Positions 32,323-44,570 of a stretch of 64,000 nucleotides of DNA are shown piece after piece (positions within the stretch are counted from its first letter, which is position 1; each line of letters begins with the position of its first letter). The notes below the pieces were generated by a model. The model was not told the origin of the DNA and did no database searches. It worked only from the letters and a program-made list of their open reading frames with translations. Source of the DNA: an uncultured Acidobacteriota bacterium (lineage in GTDB: Bacteria; Acidobacteriota; Thermoanaerobaculia; UBA5066). The stretch covers positions 256,001 to 320,000 of the forward strand of contig CAVZYA010000003.1 of NCBI GenBank assembly GCA_963779415.1, given 5' to 3'. A program made the position numbers and the translations under genes.

Positions 32323-32882
32323 CGAGCGCCCCTCTCTCCATGCCGGCCGGCGAGAGGCCACTCTACGGCCTGATGGCCGAGTTCGCGACCCCCGCGGCGC
32401 TCATCTCGGCCCTGAAGCGGGTCCGCAGAGCGGGGTACACGAAGCTCGACGCGTACACCCCGTTCCCGATCGAGGAGGTCATCGAGGCCCTCGACCCGCC
32501 GCGGTCGAAGGTTCCGGCGATCGTCCTCGCGGGGGGCATCGTCGGGGGTCTCGCCGGCTGGGGGCTCCAGTACTGGATCAACGTGATCGACTACCCGCTC
32601 AACATCGGCGGGCGGCCGTTCAACAGCTGGGTCGCTTTCATCCCGCCCACGTTCGAGACGACGGTCCTCTTCGCCGGGATCGCGGCCATCGTCGGAATGC
32701 TCGCCGTCAACGGACTGCCGCGGCCGCATCACCCCGTTTTCAATGTCCCCCGTTTCCAGTTCGCGTCCCGCGACCGGTATTTCCTCGTCATCGAGGCGGC
32801 CGATCCAAAGTTCGACCCGAAGAAGATCCGCGAGGAGCTGGCCGCCGCGGGGGCCGAGGGCGTCCATGAGGTGGAGGAGTGA
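32319..32882 (+). CDS. actD: Alternative complex III ActD (DUF3341)
   Basis: DAYTPFP, YPLNIGGRP, FETTVL; operon position. Confidence 0.88.
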   Translation: MTSAPLSMPAGERPLYGLMAEFATPAALISALKRVRRAGYTKLDAYTPFPIEEVIEALDPPRSKVPAIVLAGGIVGGLAGWGLQYWINVIDYPLNIGGRPFNSWVAFIPPTFETTVLFAGIAAIVGMLAVNGLPRPHHPVFNVPRFQFASRDRYFLVIEAADPKFDPKKIREELAAAGAEGVHEVEE

Positions 32883-32883
32883 G

Positions 32884-33504
32884 GTGAAGCGCTCCCTCCT
32901 GCTCCTCTTCGCCCTGGCCCCGCTCGCCGCCGGATGCCGGCAGGGAATGTTCAACCAGCAGAAGCTGAAGCCCTACCGCCCGAGCGCTCTCTGGGAGAAC
33001 GGCAGCTCCGCCCGGCCGCTCCCGGCCGGTACGGTGGCGCGCGGATTTCTTCGAGAGGACCGCGCGCTCGAGACGGGGGTCGGGCCCGACGGTAAGTTCC
33101 TCGTCGAGCTCCCGATGAAGCTGACGAAGGAGCTCCTCCACCGCGGGCAGGAGCGCTACGACATCTTCTGTTCCCCCTGCCACGGGCGGACCGGGGACGG
33201 GACCGGGATGATCGTCCAGCGCGGCTTCAAGCGGCCTCCGTCGTTTCATATCGACCGCCTGAAGAACGAGCGGATCGGCTACTTCTTCGACGTCGACACG
33301 AACGGCTTCGGGCAAATGTCCGGCTACGCGGCGCAGGTGCCGGTTCGTGACCGGTGGGCGATCGCGGCCTACGTCCGGACCCTTCAGCTCTCGCGCGAGA
33401 CGCCGGCCGCGTTCCTCTCGGACCACGACCGGGCCGAACTCGACAAGGCGCCTCCCGCGCCGGCCGATCCGATGGGCGCCGTGGCGCCGGGGATTTCCCG
33501 ATGA
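32884..33504 (+). CDS. actE: Alternative complex III monoheme lipoprotein ActE
   Basis: Lipobox LAAGC, single CSPCH. Confidence 0.88.
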   Translation: MKRSLLLLFALAPLAAGCRQGMFNQQKLKPYRPSALWENGSSARPLPAGTVARGFLREDRALETGVGPDGKFLVELPMKLTKELLHRGQERYDIFCSPCHGRTGDGTGMIVQRGFKRPPSFHIDRLKNERIGYFFDVDTNGFGQMSGYAAQVPVRDRWAIAAYVRTLQLSRETPAAFLSDHDRAELDKAPPAPADPMGAVAPGISR

Positions 33505-34697
33505 GCCGCCCCGAGTCGTACGCCCCGCCCGCCGCCGACCTCGCCGCCTTCGGCGGCAAGGCTCTCGCCGTCGGGCTGGTCGGGCTCGCCGCCTCCCTGG
33601 CCGGATGGCGCCTTGCGCCAGAGATCTTCTACCGCGCCTGGCTCGTCGGTTGGGTCTGGATCCTCGGCGTCGCGCTGGGAGCGGTCGGTATCTATCTTCT
33701 CCACATCCTCTCGCGCGGAGCCTGGGGGCTCGTCATCAGACGCCTGCTCGAGGCCGCGACGGGGACGCTCCCGGTTCTCGCCCTCTTCTCGATTCCCGTC
33801 CTCGTCGGCCTGAAATCAATCTACCCGTGGGCCGACGCCACCGGGGTCGCCCACGACGAGCTTCTCCGGCACCGGCAACCCTGGATGAGCGTTCCCTTCG
33901 TCACCTTCCGGCTCGTCCTCTACTTCGCGATCTGGGGGGGCTTCTCGTTCGCCCTCGCCGGCCTCTCGAGGAAGCAGGACTCCGCCGGCGATCCCGCGGC
34001 CATCGAGCGGAAGATGCAGGGGCTCGCGGGGCCGGGCCTGGTCCTTCACATCCTCGCCGTCTCGTTCTTCTCCTTCGATTTCCTCATGTCGGTGAACGCT
34101 CACTGGTACTCGACGATTTACGGGCTCTACGTCCTCGGTGGACAGGCCGTCTCGGGGATGGCGCTCGTCATCCTCGCCGAGCTGCTTCTTTCCTCGCGTC
34201 TTCCGATGTCCGACGTCCTGCAGAAAAGGCACGTGCACGACCACGGGAAGCTCCTGCTCGCCTTCATGATGCTCTGGGGATACTTCGCGATCTCGCAGTT
34301 CCTGATCATCTGGTCGGGCGACCTTCCGGAGGAGGTCGGCTTCTTCACGGACCGCTTCACCGGAGGATGGGGGGCCGTGGCCATCGGCATCGTCTTCCTC
34401 CACTTCGTCCTTCCGTTCTTCCTCCTCCTCTCGCGAGACCTGAAGCGCGACGTGAGGAAGCTGTCCGTCATCGCCGCGCTTCTCCTCGTCATGCGGTGGG
34501 CAGACCTCTACTGGCTGGCCGCGCCGGCCTTCAGCCCGAAGCAGCTCTCGTTCCACTGGCTCGACCTCGCGACGCCCGTGGCCATGGGAGGACTCTTCCT
34601 CTTCGCGTTCACGAGACGTCTCGCCGCGCACCCCCTCCTGCCGTCGAAGGACCCGAATCTCGAGGCGGCGCTCCAACCGGAGTCCGCGCATGGCTGA
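33501..34697 (+). CDS. actF: Alternative complex III membrane subunit ActF
   Basis: WYSTIYG, HDHGKLL, QFLIIW..DLPEE. Confidence 0.87.
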   Translation: MSRPESYAPPAADLAAFGGKALAVGLVGLAASLAGWRLAPEIFYRAWLVGWVWILGVALGAVGIYLLHILSRGAWGLVIRRLLEAATGTLPVLALFSIPVLVGLKSIYPWADATGVAHDELLRHRQPWMSVPFVTFRLVLYFAIWGGFSFALAGLSRKQDSAGDPAAIERKMQGLAGPGLVLHILAVSFFSFDFLMSVNAHWYSTIYGLYVLGGQAVSGMALVILAELLLSSRLPMSDVLQKRHVHDHGKLLLAFMMLWGYFAISQFLIIWSGDLPEEVGFFTDRFTGGWGAVAIGIVFLHFVLPFFLLLSRDLKRDVRKLSVIAALLLVMRWADLYWLAAPAFSPKQLSFHWLDLATPVAMGGLFLFAFTRRLAAHPLLPSKDPNLEAALQPESAHG

Positions 34698-35124
34698 GAA
34701 GCACCCCCCCGCTCACGGCGCCCCCGGAGAAGGCCTCGATCGCGAGATCCACTACAAGGCCGTCCGGCGCTTCGTGGCGTTCCTCCTCATCCTCGTCGCC
34801 GCCGGCCTCGTCTCGATGTGGGCGCTCTTCGCGTTCCTGAGGCGTGAGATCGCCCGGAGCCAGCCTCCGGCGCCTCCGCTCGCCGGGGCGCGCGAGACGC
34901 CGCTCCCGCCGGAGCCCCGGCTCGAGGGCCCGCCCGGTGTGGGGCTTCAGGCCCTGCGGACGAAGGAAGACGCCGTCCTCGCGGCGTGGGGATGGGTCGA
35001 CAGGGAAAAGACGGTGGCCGAGGTCCCCATCGACCGCGCCATCGAGATCGCGGCCGAGAGAGGACTGCCGGTCCGATACGGGAACCCGACCCCAGCCCCG
35101 GCTGCCGGAGGGGTCGCAAAATGA
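34690..35124 (+). CDS. Single-TM protein, probable ActG-like subunit
   Basis: One TM, PPEPRL, WGWVD, PIDRA; position after actF. Confidence 0.65.
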   Translation: MAEKHPPAHGAPGEGLDREIHYKAVRRFVAFLLILVAAGLVSMWALFAFLRREIARSQPPAPPLAGARETPLPPEPRLEGPPGVGLQALRTKEDAVLAAWGWVDREKTVAEVPIDRAIEIAAERGLPVRYGNPTPAPAAGGVAK

Positions 35125-35972
35125 CCCGACGCGTTTCCACCCTCCTCGCCGCCGCGACGAGTCTTCTCCTCGTCGCAACTCCCGCGATCGCCCAGAAGTG
35201 GACGGGATCGGAGGCCGCGGCCCCGCCGCCGCCCCCGCCGACGAAGGACGTCGGTTTCGACCAGAAACTCGGCGGGCAGGTCCCCCTCGATCTCGTCTTC
35301 AAGGACGAGTCCGGGCAGGACGTGAAGCTCTCCCGGTACTTCGGGAAGAAGCCCGTCATCCTCCACCTGATGTACTTCGAGTGCCCGATGCTCTGCGGCA
35401 TGGTGATCGAAGGTCTCCTCCGGAGCCTCCGCGCGCTCTCCTGGGACGTCGGGAAGGAGTTCGAGGTCGTCACCGTGAGCTTCGACCCCCGCGAGGGACC
35501 CGAACTCGCGAAGGAGAAGAAGGAGAACGTCCTCAAGACGTACGGGCGCCCCGGGGCCGCCGCCGGCTGGCACTTCCTGACGGGGAACGAGGACTCCATC
35601 CGCGCCCTCACGAAGGCGGTCGGCTTCCGGTACGTCTGGGACGCCGGGCAGAAGCAGTTCGCCCACCCGACGGGGATCGTGATCCTGACGCCGGGCGGGA
35701 GGATCTCCCGGTACTTTTTCGGCATCGAGTTTCCGACGAAGGACCTCCGCCTCGGCCTCATCGACTCGACGAGCGAGAAGATCGGCGGCCTGACCGACCA
35801 GCTCCTCCTGATGTGCTACCACTACGACCCGCGCGCGGGGCGATACACGCCCGCCATCACCCGCCTCCTGAAGGGAGCGGCAGCGCTGACTCTCATCGGC
35901 CTCGTCGCATTCATCGCAACGATGCTTCGCCAGGAGCGGCGGAGGGACGGCGGCGCGGGGAAGGCCGCCTGA
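35121..35972 (+). CDS. SCO1/SenC family copper chaperone
   Basis: CPMLC, SFDP, WHFLTG, FAH. Confidence 0.88.
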   Translation: MTRRVSTLLAAATSLLLVATPAIAQKWTGSEAAAPPPPPPTKDVGFDQKLGGQVPLDLVFKDESGQDVKLSRYFGKKPVILHLMYFECPMLCGMVIEGLLRSLRALSWDVGKEFEVVTVSFDPREGPELAKEKKENVLKTYGRPGAAAGWHFLTGNEDSIRALTKAVGFRYVWDAGQKQFAHPTGIVILTPGGRISRYFFGIEFPTKDLRLGLIDSTSEKIGGLTDQLLLMCYHYDPRAGRYTPAITRLLKGAAALTLIGLVAFIATMLRQERRRDGGAGKAA

Positions 35973-35976
35973 CGAA

Positions 35977-36945
35977 ATGACGCCGAACGCTCCGCTCTTC
36001 CCGACCTCCGCTTCCGAGCTCGCCCGCTCGGTCGACCACCTCTTCTTCTTCGCGCTCGCCTTCTCGGTCTTCTTCGCGGTCCTCATCGCGGTCCTCATCG
36101 TCTTTCTCGGCTCGAAGTACCGGCGCCGCCATCCGGACGAGGTGGGTGTCGCAGTCGATGACCACGCCCTCTCCTCGAAGATGCTCGAGCTCTCCTGGAC
36201 CGCGATCCCGTTCGGGCTCCTCCTCGTCCTCTTCGGGTGGGGCACCTGGGTCTTCTTCCACCAGATGCGTCCGCCCGACGACGCCGTGGAGTACTGGGTC
36301 ACCGGAAAGCAGTGGATGTGGAAGATGCAGCATCCGGACGGGACACGGGAGATCAACGAGCTGCACGTCCCCCTCGGACAGGCCGTGAAGCTGAAGATGA
36401 TCTCCGAGGACGTCATCCACGACTTCTTCGTCCCGGCCTTCCGCGTCCACGTGGACGTCCTCCCGTCGCGCTACACGACCTACTGGTTCAAGGCCGACAG
36501 GACCGGCACGTTCCACCTCTTCTGCGGCCAGTACTGCGGCGTGGAGCACTCCTACATGGTCGGGAAGATCGTCGTCATGGAACCGAAGGACTACGAGCTG
36601 TGGCTCTCGGGGGTCCGGCCGGGGCAGGCGCCGCTCCGGACCGGCGAAGAGCTTTTCGTCGCGAACGCCTGCAACACCTGTCACCGCCCTGACTCGTCGG
36701 CGCGCGCCCCGATCCTGAACGGCGTCTACGGGACGAAGGTAAAGCTGATCGACGGATCGACGGTGACGGCCGACGACGGCTACGTCCGCGAGTCGATCCT
36801 GAGCCCGCAGGCGAAGATCGTCGCCGGCTATCAGCCGATCATGCCGACCTTCAAGGGCGTCATCACCGAGGAGGAGCTGCTGCAGCTCGTCGAGTACGTC
36901 AAGAAGCTGCCGCCGCCGGCCGCCGGCGCCGGGGGGACCCGCTGA
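35977..36945 (+). CDS. coxB: Cytochrome c oxidase subunit II with fused heme c (caa3)
   Basis: DVIH, Cu[14 protein letters not shown]-terminal CNTCH. Confidence 0.93.
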   Translation: MTPNAPLFPTSASELARSVDHLFFFALAFSVFFAVLIAVLIVFLGSKYRRRHPDEVGVAVDDHALSSKMLELSWTAIPFGLLLVLFGWGTWVFFHQMRPPDDAVEYWVTGKQWMWKMQHPDGTREINELHVPLGQAVKLKMISEDVIHDFFVPAFRVHVDVLPSRYTTYWFKADRTGTFHLFCGQYCGVEHSYMVGKIVVMEPKDYELWLSGVRPGQAPLRTGEELFVANACNTCHRPDSSARAPILNGVYGTKVKLIDGSTVTADDGYVRESILSPQAKIVAGYQPIMPTFKGVITEEELLQLVEYVKKLPPPAAGAGGTR

Positions 36946-36947
36946 CG

Positions 36948-38586
<1,639 letters not shown>

Positions 38587-38597
<11 letters not shown>

Positions 38598-39251
38598 CCC
38601 CCACGGCGGCCTCCCCGGCCTCGCGCACCACTTCGACTCCTACGAGCAGCAGAGGGAGTCGGCGACGCTCGGGATGTGGTTCTTCCTCGTCCAGGAGATC
38701 CTCTTCTTCGGAGGGCTCTTCTTCGCCTACGCGCTCTACCGCTGGAAGTACCCCGTGGCCTTCAATGCCGGGAGCCACCAGCTCGACGTGGTGCTCGGGA
38801 CCTTCAACACGGCCGTCCTGATCGGCAGCTCGCTCACCGTGGCGATGGCGGTCCGCTCCGCGCAGATCGGACGGCCGAAGCGGATCGTCGGCTTCCTCCT
38901 CGGAACCGCCGTCCTCGGCTCGATCTTCCTCGGCGTGAAGGCGTACGAGTACCACCACAAGTGGGTCGAGCACCTCGTGCCGGGGCCGAACTTCGCGTTC
39001 GAAGGGCCGGGGGGGAGCACGCCCGGCTCTTCTTCTCGCTCTATTTCGCGATGACGGGGCTCCACGCGCTTCACATGGTCGTCGGGATCGCGATCCTCCT
39101 CTTCCTCCTCAGGCCGGCGTGGCGGGGGCGCTTCACGCCCGAGAGCCACAACCTGCTCGAGGGGTTCGGTCTCTACTGGCACTTCGTCGACATCCTCTGG
39201 ATCTTCCTCTTCCCGCTCCTTTACCTCGCGGGACGCCACCACAACTTCTGA
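38587..39251 (+). CDS. coxC: Cytochrome c oxidase subunit III (frameshift in G7 run at 39009-39015)
   Basis: [13 protein letters not shown] in one frame; TGLHALH...YWHFVD in the next. Confidence 0.88.
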
Positions 39252-39260
39252 GGACGGCGC

Positions 39261-39566
39261 ATGAGCACGGACACGAGCCACATCTCCCCGGTCAGGACCC
39301 TCGTGGCGGTCTTCTTCTCCCTGCTGGCCCTAACGGCCCTGACGACCGCCGTCTCGTACGTCGACCTCGGCGCGGCGAGCACGGCCGTCGCCCTCGCGAT
39401 CGCGTGCACCAAGGCCTCGCTCGTCGTCTGGTTCTTCATGAACGTCCGGTTCAACTCGAGGCTGATCCCCGTCGTGATCCTCGGCGGTCTCTTCTTCGTC
39501 CTCGTCCTCTTCGTCGAGACCTTCGCCGACTACGGCAGCCGCGGCTGGTTCGGCAACGGGCGGTGA
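39261..39566 (+). CDS. Cytochrome c oxidase subunit IV (caa3-type)
   Basis: Three TMs, KASLVVWFFM. Confidence 0.82.
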   Translation: MSTDTSHISPVRTLVAVFFSLLALTALTTAVSYVDLGAASTAVALAIACTKASLVVWFFMNVRFNSRLIPVVILGGLFFVLVLFVETFADYGSRGWFGNGR

Positions 39567-39620
39567 GCGGCCGAGCCCTCACCTCGCATCCCTCGTAGCC
39601 CGTCGCTCCATAATCCCGCC

Positions 39621-40850
39621 GTGGCCCTCATCCTCGGCTACGTGGAGCCCGGCACCGACCGCAGGCGCCTCAGGCCCCTGACCGGGCGAATGAAGATCGG
39701 CCGGGCCGTCCCGGACGAAGACGTCTTCCTCGACGCGCCTACCGTTGCGCCGGTTCACGCTGAAGTCGAGGAACTCGACCCGGAAAGCGCCGTCATCCGG
39801 TCTCTTTCCGGGGATTCGGCCACCTTCTTCAAAGGAGAGTTGACGGCAGAATTCCGCGTCAGGTCCGGTGACGAGGTCGTCTTCGGCGACGTTCGCGTTC
39901 AGGTCCTCGACGACGGCCTGCTGGCTCCAGCCGGCCCGGCTCACGCCGGCGTTCCCGAGGCCCGAGATCCGACCGCGCGCGAGCGCCGATATCGCCTCGC
40001 GACGGGTGCTCTCGCCCTGTTCCTGCTTCTGCTCGCGGGGACTCTCTTGAGCCCGCCGGGGCGGCGGTACCTCCAGGAAACCTCTCTGCGCTGGATGATT
40101 CAACTCGACAGGAACGTGGCGGAGCGGGCTCGCCGGTGGAACGCCCTTCTCGTGGCGCGAAACCGGGCCGGGACTCCCGTTCTGCCGGTGGCCACGCCGC
40201 CCGTCGCGAGGCCCCCCACTCCCGTACCTGGCCGAACGCCCGTGCCCACACCCGGCTTGTCGGATCGCATCGAAAGTGCGCTGCGTGGCGTCGTCGCGAT
40301 CCTGGACAGGCCGAACGGCACGGGCCGCATCATGGGATCCGGGGTCTTCGCCCGCGGTCTGACCGGCGCCTACATCCTCACGAACCGGCATGTGGTCGCC
40401 GGCTATCAGCGAGTCGGCGTCCTCACCTACGGAAGGGAGTGCTTCGCGGCGACCGTCGAGAGGCTGGATGAAAAGAACGACCTCGCCATCGTAAAGCTCG
40501 AGAGCGATCAGCCTCGGATCGGGGTTCTGAATTCTCTGGCCCTCGGCCGCCGGGACCAGCTCAGAATCGGTCAGACGGTCTATGCCATCGGGTCGCCGGT
40601 GGCAGATGAACTGAGTTTCTCCGTCACCCGCGGAATCATCAGCTCCTCCAGGCGAGACCTGGGGGGAGTCACGTTCATCCAGCATGACGCCGCGATCAAT
40701 CCCGGGAACAGCGGAGGACCGCTGATCGACGAGAGCGGGCAGGTCATCGGAATCAACACGCTCAAGGTCCGTGACGCGCAGGGTCTCGGGTTCGCCATCC
40801 CGAGCGATGCGGTCCTCGATTTCCTGAAGAGAGCCGAGGAGAAGAAGTGA
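39621..40850 (+). CDS. FHA-like domain, TM helix, trypsin-like (HtrA-type, no PDZ) serine protease
   Basis: IGR...VH N-terminal domain; triad TNRHV / DLAI / NPGNSGGP. Confidence 0.85.
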   Translation: MALILGYVEPGTDRRRLRPLTGRMKIGRAVPDEDVFLDAPTVAPVHAEVEELDPESAVIRSLSGDSATFFKGELTAEFRVRSGDEVVFGDVRVQVLDDGLLAPAGPAHAGVPEARDPTARERRYRLATGALALFLLLLAGTLLSPPGRRYLQETSLRWMIQLDRNVAERARRWNALLVARNRAGTPVLPVATPPVARPPTPVPGRTPVPTPGLSDRIESALRGVVAILDRPNGTGRIMGSGVFARGLTGAYILTNRHVVAGYQRVGVLTYGRECFAATVERLDEKNDLAIVKLESDQPRIGVLNSLALGRRDQLRIGQTVYAIGSPVADELSFSVTRGIISSSRRDLGGVTFIQHDAAINPGNSGGPLIDESGQVIGINTLKVRDAQGLGFAIPSDAVLDFLKRAEEKK

Positions 40851-41827
40851 CGACCGCACCCATGGCGTCGCGTCCGTTTCCGTCGGACATTCCGACCGCA
40901 AGCGAGATCACGACCGGTCCGGACGGTGCTCTTCGGCTCCATCGGCGACTTCTGGGGCCATGGCGACAGGACCGTCGAGCGCGGGACGTCCTGCTGGCCG
41001 AGATCGAAGCCAACGCCAGAGTCCCGCTGAGCAGCGAGACGCTGGTTCCGCTCGTGGACCAGGGTGACGTTCCCGAACCCTGGCTGGCCCGTCGCTTCTT
41101 CGAGTGCGGCACCCTTGCCCATCGCATCCGACGAACGGACTGGCCGCAGGGCGACGAGCTCCTGACAATCGTCGCCACCCTCCTGAAGGCTTTCGAAGAG
41201 CTGGATCGCCTCGGCCTCACTCATGGCGATCCCGCTCCGTGCAACGTCTTTTTGACCCCGGAGGGGACGGTGCGGCTGGGCGACCTCTGCTCGGCTCGGG
41301 CCAGGTTCGCGGCCGGGCCGGATCACCCGGACCGCTCGAGAGAAGCTCCATCGGATCGCGGACGATTCCTCCGCTGGTTCGCCCGACTCACGGAACGTTG
41401 CGACCAGGACGACCCCCTGGTTCGCCAGGTCGCCGATGCCCTCGCCGGCGGTGCCACGGAGAAAATGAAGCTCCTGCGACTCTCCAGGCTCGCCGAGGAG
41501 CGGTTCTCGGTGGCCGCCCCCGTACGAGGCATCGATCCGAACCGGGCCGCAATCGCCGCGTCAGGACCCGAGTCGGTTGCCGTGTCGCTCGTGATCGGTC
41601 CGGTCCGCGACGAAAAGAGCTCGTATCTCGCGGCCAAGCTTCTGTCCGGCCTCGTGGGCCGACCTCTCGCCGAAGTGCGCGCTCGTCTGCGCGAGGGAAC
41701 GGAAGTCGTCGAATCACTCTATCCCGATCCGGCGAGAGTGCTCGTCGACCAGCTCGTCGTCCTGAACGCGCCCGTCCGGGTCATGCAGGCCGTCCGCGGT
41801 CCGGAGGTCTTAAGATCGCGGCAATGA
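40847..41827 (+). CDS. Protein-kinase-like protein with C-terminal L7/L12-like domain
   Basis: HGDPAPCNVFL, VRLGD; no obvious Gly-loop or VAIK; overlaps both neighbours by 4 nt. Confidence 0.6.
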   Translation: MTTAPMASRPFPSDIPTASEITTGPDGALRLHRRLLGPWRQDRRARDVLLAEIEANARVPLSSETLVPLVDQGDVPEPWLARRFFECGTLAHRIRRTDWPQGDELLTIVATLLKAFEELDRLGLTHGDPAPCNVFLTPEGTVRLGDLCSARARFAAGPDHPDRSREAPSDRGRFLRWFARLTERCDQDDPLVRQVADALAGGATEKMKLLRLSRLAEERFSVAAPVRGIDPNRAAIAASGPESVAVSLVIGPVRDEKSSYLAAKLLSGLVGRPLAEVRARLREGTEVVESLYPDPARVLVDQLVVLNAPVRVMQAVRGPEVLRSRQ

Positions 41828-44326
41828 GCGACTCCCACACCAAAACGAACGGGAACGGCGCGGCGCGCGGGATCCCGAGGCCGATGCCCGGCCACCTCGA
41901 CATCCCGGGGATCATCGAGTCCTTCGCGGAGCGGATGATGTACTCCGTCGCGAAGGACGAGCACACGGCCACCGACGTCGACGTCTACTTCGCCCTCGCG
42001 TACGCCGTCCGGGACCGCCTCATGGAGCGGTGGTTCCTGACGCAGGATACGTACTACCGGACGGACGCCAAGCGGGTCTACTACCTCTCGATGGAGTTCC
42101 TGCCCGGGCGGGTCCTCCTCAACAACATCCTCGCCCTCGGCGCCCATCCCGCCTACGCGCGGGCCGTGGAGAAGCTCGGCTACAACCTCTCCGACATCGA
42201 GGAGAAGGAGGTGGACCCGGCCCTCGGCGGCGGCGGGCTCGGGCGCCTCGCCGCCTGCTTCGTCGAATCGGCGTCCACCCTCGCCCTTCCCTTCTTCGGC
42301 TACGGCATCCGGTACGAGTACGGCATCTTCCGGCAGCGGATCAAGGACGGCTTCCAGGTGGAGGCTCCCGACAACTGGCTCCGCACCGGGAACCCCTGGG
42401 AGATCCCGCGCCCCGACTCCGTGATCCCCGTCAAGTTCTACGGCCGGACGATCACGTACCGCGACGACGCCGGAAAGCCGCGGACCGAGTGGGTCGACAC
42501 CGAGGACGTCTACGCGATGGCGTACGACATGCCCGTGGTCGGGTACCGGAACGACACGGTCAACTCGCTCCGTCTCTGGTCCGCCCGGTCGACGCGGGAG
42601 TTCGACCTCGCGCACCTTCAACGCGGGCGACTACACGCACGCCGTCGAGGACAAGACCCGCACGGAGAACATCTCGAAGGTCCTCTACCCGCCCGACCAC
42701 GAGCTGGCCGGGAAGGAGCTTCGCCTCAAGCAGCAGTTCTTCTTCGTCTCGGCCACCCTGCAGGACCTCCTGCGGCGGTTCAAGAAGCGGGACGACCGGT
42801 CGTGGGACGAGCTCCCCGACAAGGTCGCGATCCAGCTGAACGACACGCATCCCTCCGTCACCATCCCGAGCCTGATGCGGCTCCTCGTGGACGAGGAGCG
42901 GCTCGAGTGGGGCCACGCCTGGGAGATCACGCAGGCCGTCTGCGGATTCACGAACCATACCGTTCTCCCCGAGGCGCTCGAGACGTGGCCGAAGGAGCTG
43001 TTCGGAAAGCTCCTCCCCCGCCATCTCCAGATCGTCGAGGAGATCGACCGCCGCTTCCGCGAGCAGGTGAGGCGGAGCTTCCCGGGGGACGAGGAGAAGG
43101 TCGCGCGGACGGCCATCCTCTCCGATGCGAACGGCGGCGTGGTCCGGATGTCCCATCTGGCGATCGTCGGGAGCCACGCGGTCAACGGCGTCGCCAAGCT
43201 CCACTCCGAGATCCTGAAGCACAAGACGTTTCGTGACTTCCACGAGCTTTTCCCCGGCCGCTTCCAGAACAAGACGAACGGGATCACGCCCCGGCGCTGG
43301 CTCCTGAAGTGCAACCCGGCCCTTTCGGCGCTGATCACCGACGCGATCGGCGAAAAGTGGATCACGGACCTCGACCAGCTCGCCCGGATCCGGCCGCTGG
43401 CCGACGACGCCGCCTTCCGGGAGCGCTGGGCGGCGATCAAGCGCGAGAACAAGGTCCGGTTCGCCGGCCTCTGCGGCAGACATTTCCAGTTCGCCTTCGA
43501 TCCCGACGCGCTGCTCGACGTTCAGGTCAAGCGGATCCACGAGTACAAGCGGCAGGTCCTGAACGCCCTTCACGTCCTCGCCCTCCGGAACCGGATCCAT
43601 GCGGGCCTTCCTGCAGGCCCGCCGAGGACGGTCCTTTTCGGAGGGAAGTCGGCCCCCGGCTACGCGATGGCGAAGCTGATCATCCGGTTCCTGAACGGCG
43701 TGGCGGAGCTGGTCAACGGCGACCCGAAGCTGGAGGGGCGGCTTCGCGCCTTCTTCCTCCCGAACTACGGCGTCGCCTGCGCCGAGCGGATCTTCCCCGC
43801 GACGGACCTCTCCGAGCAGATCTCGACCGCCGGCCTCGAGGCCTCCGGCACCGGGAACATGAAGGCGGCGTTGAACGGCGCCCTGACGATCGGGACGCTG
43901 GACGGAGCGAACATCGAGATCCGGGACTCCGTCGGGCCCGAGAACATCTTCATCTTCGGCCACACGGCCGAGGAGATCGACGCGCTTCGGCGCTCCGGCG
44001 ACGACCCGAAGCGCTGGATCGCCGCGAGCCCGGAGCTCGACAAGGCCCTCGCGGAGCTGCCGCGGATGGAAGGGGGACACCCGGGGCTCTTCCGGCCCCT
44101 CCTCGACGAGCTGCTCGAGCGCGATCGTTTCTTCAACTGCGCCGACTTCGCCTCCTTCGTCGAGACGCAGGAGAGGATCTCCGCCCTCTTCGGCACCGGG
44201 ACGTGGGTCAGAAAGTCGATCCTCAACGTGGCCGGGATGGGCTACTTCTCCTCCGACCGCGCCATCCACGAGTACGCCGAGGAGATCTGGAACGTCAAGC
44301 CCGTGCCGGTCCGGTTCGAGGGGTGA
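41824..44326 (+). CDS. glgP: Glycogen phosphorylase (frameshift near 42616)
   Basis: YYLSMEF, GGLGRLAACF, QLNDTHP, KRIHEYKRQ, EASGTGNMK. Confidence 0.93.
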
Positions 44327-44457
44327 GCGAGGGTGGCGAGAATCTCGTCTGCGTACCGCTGGCGCCCGCCGAGACGCCGCGCTACGGTTGTGGCGGATGC
44401 GATACGACAAGGCTCTCGAACTGGGGCTCAGGAGGCGGCTTCTGAAGTCCCTTCCGA

Positions 44458-44550
44458 GGCCCGAAAGTAGCCACCGGTAGGAACATAGATGCGGCTACCA
44501 GTAGGAACTTCCACGTCAAATGGCCCGAAAGCGGCTACCGGTAGCCACAT
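44458..44550. repeat. Three imperfect 20-bp repeats with palindromic core
   Basis: GTAGCCACCGGTAGGAACAT (44467), GCGGCTACCAGTAGGAACTT (44491), GCGGCTACCGGTAGCCACAT (44531). Confidence 0.8.
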
Positions 44551-44570
44551 GGGGCTGCCGTCTAATACTG

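Noticed and set aside
39009-39015. G7 tract in coxC as a phase-variation switch
   Set aside because: Short tract and typical homopolymer error; no independent support.
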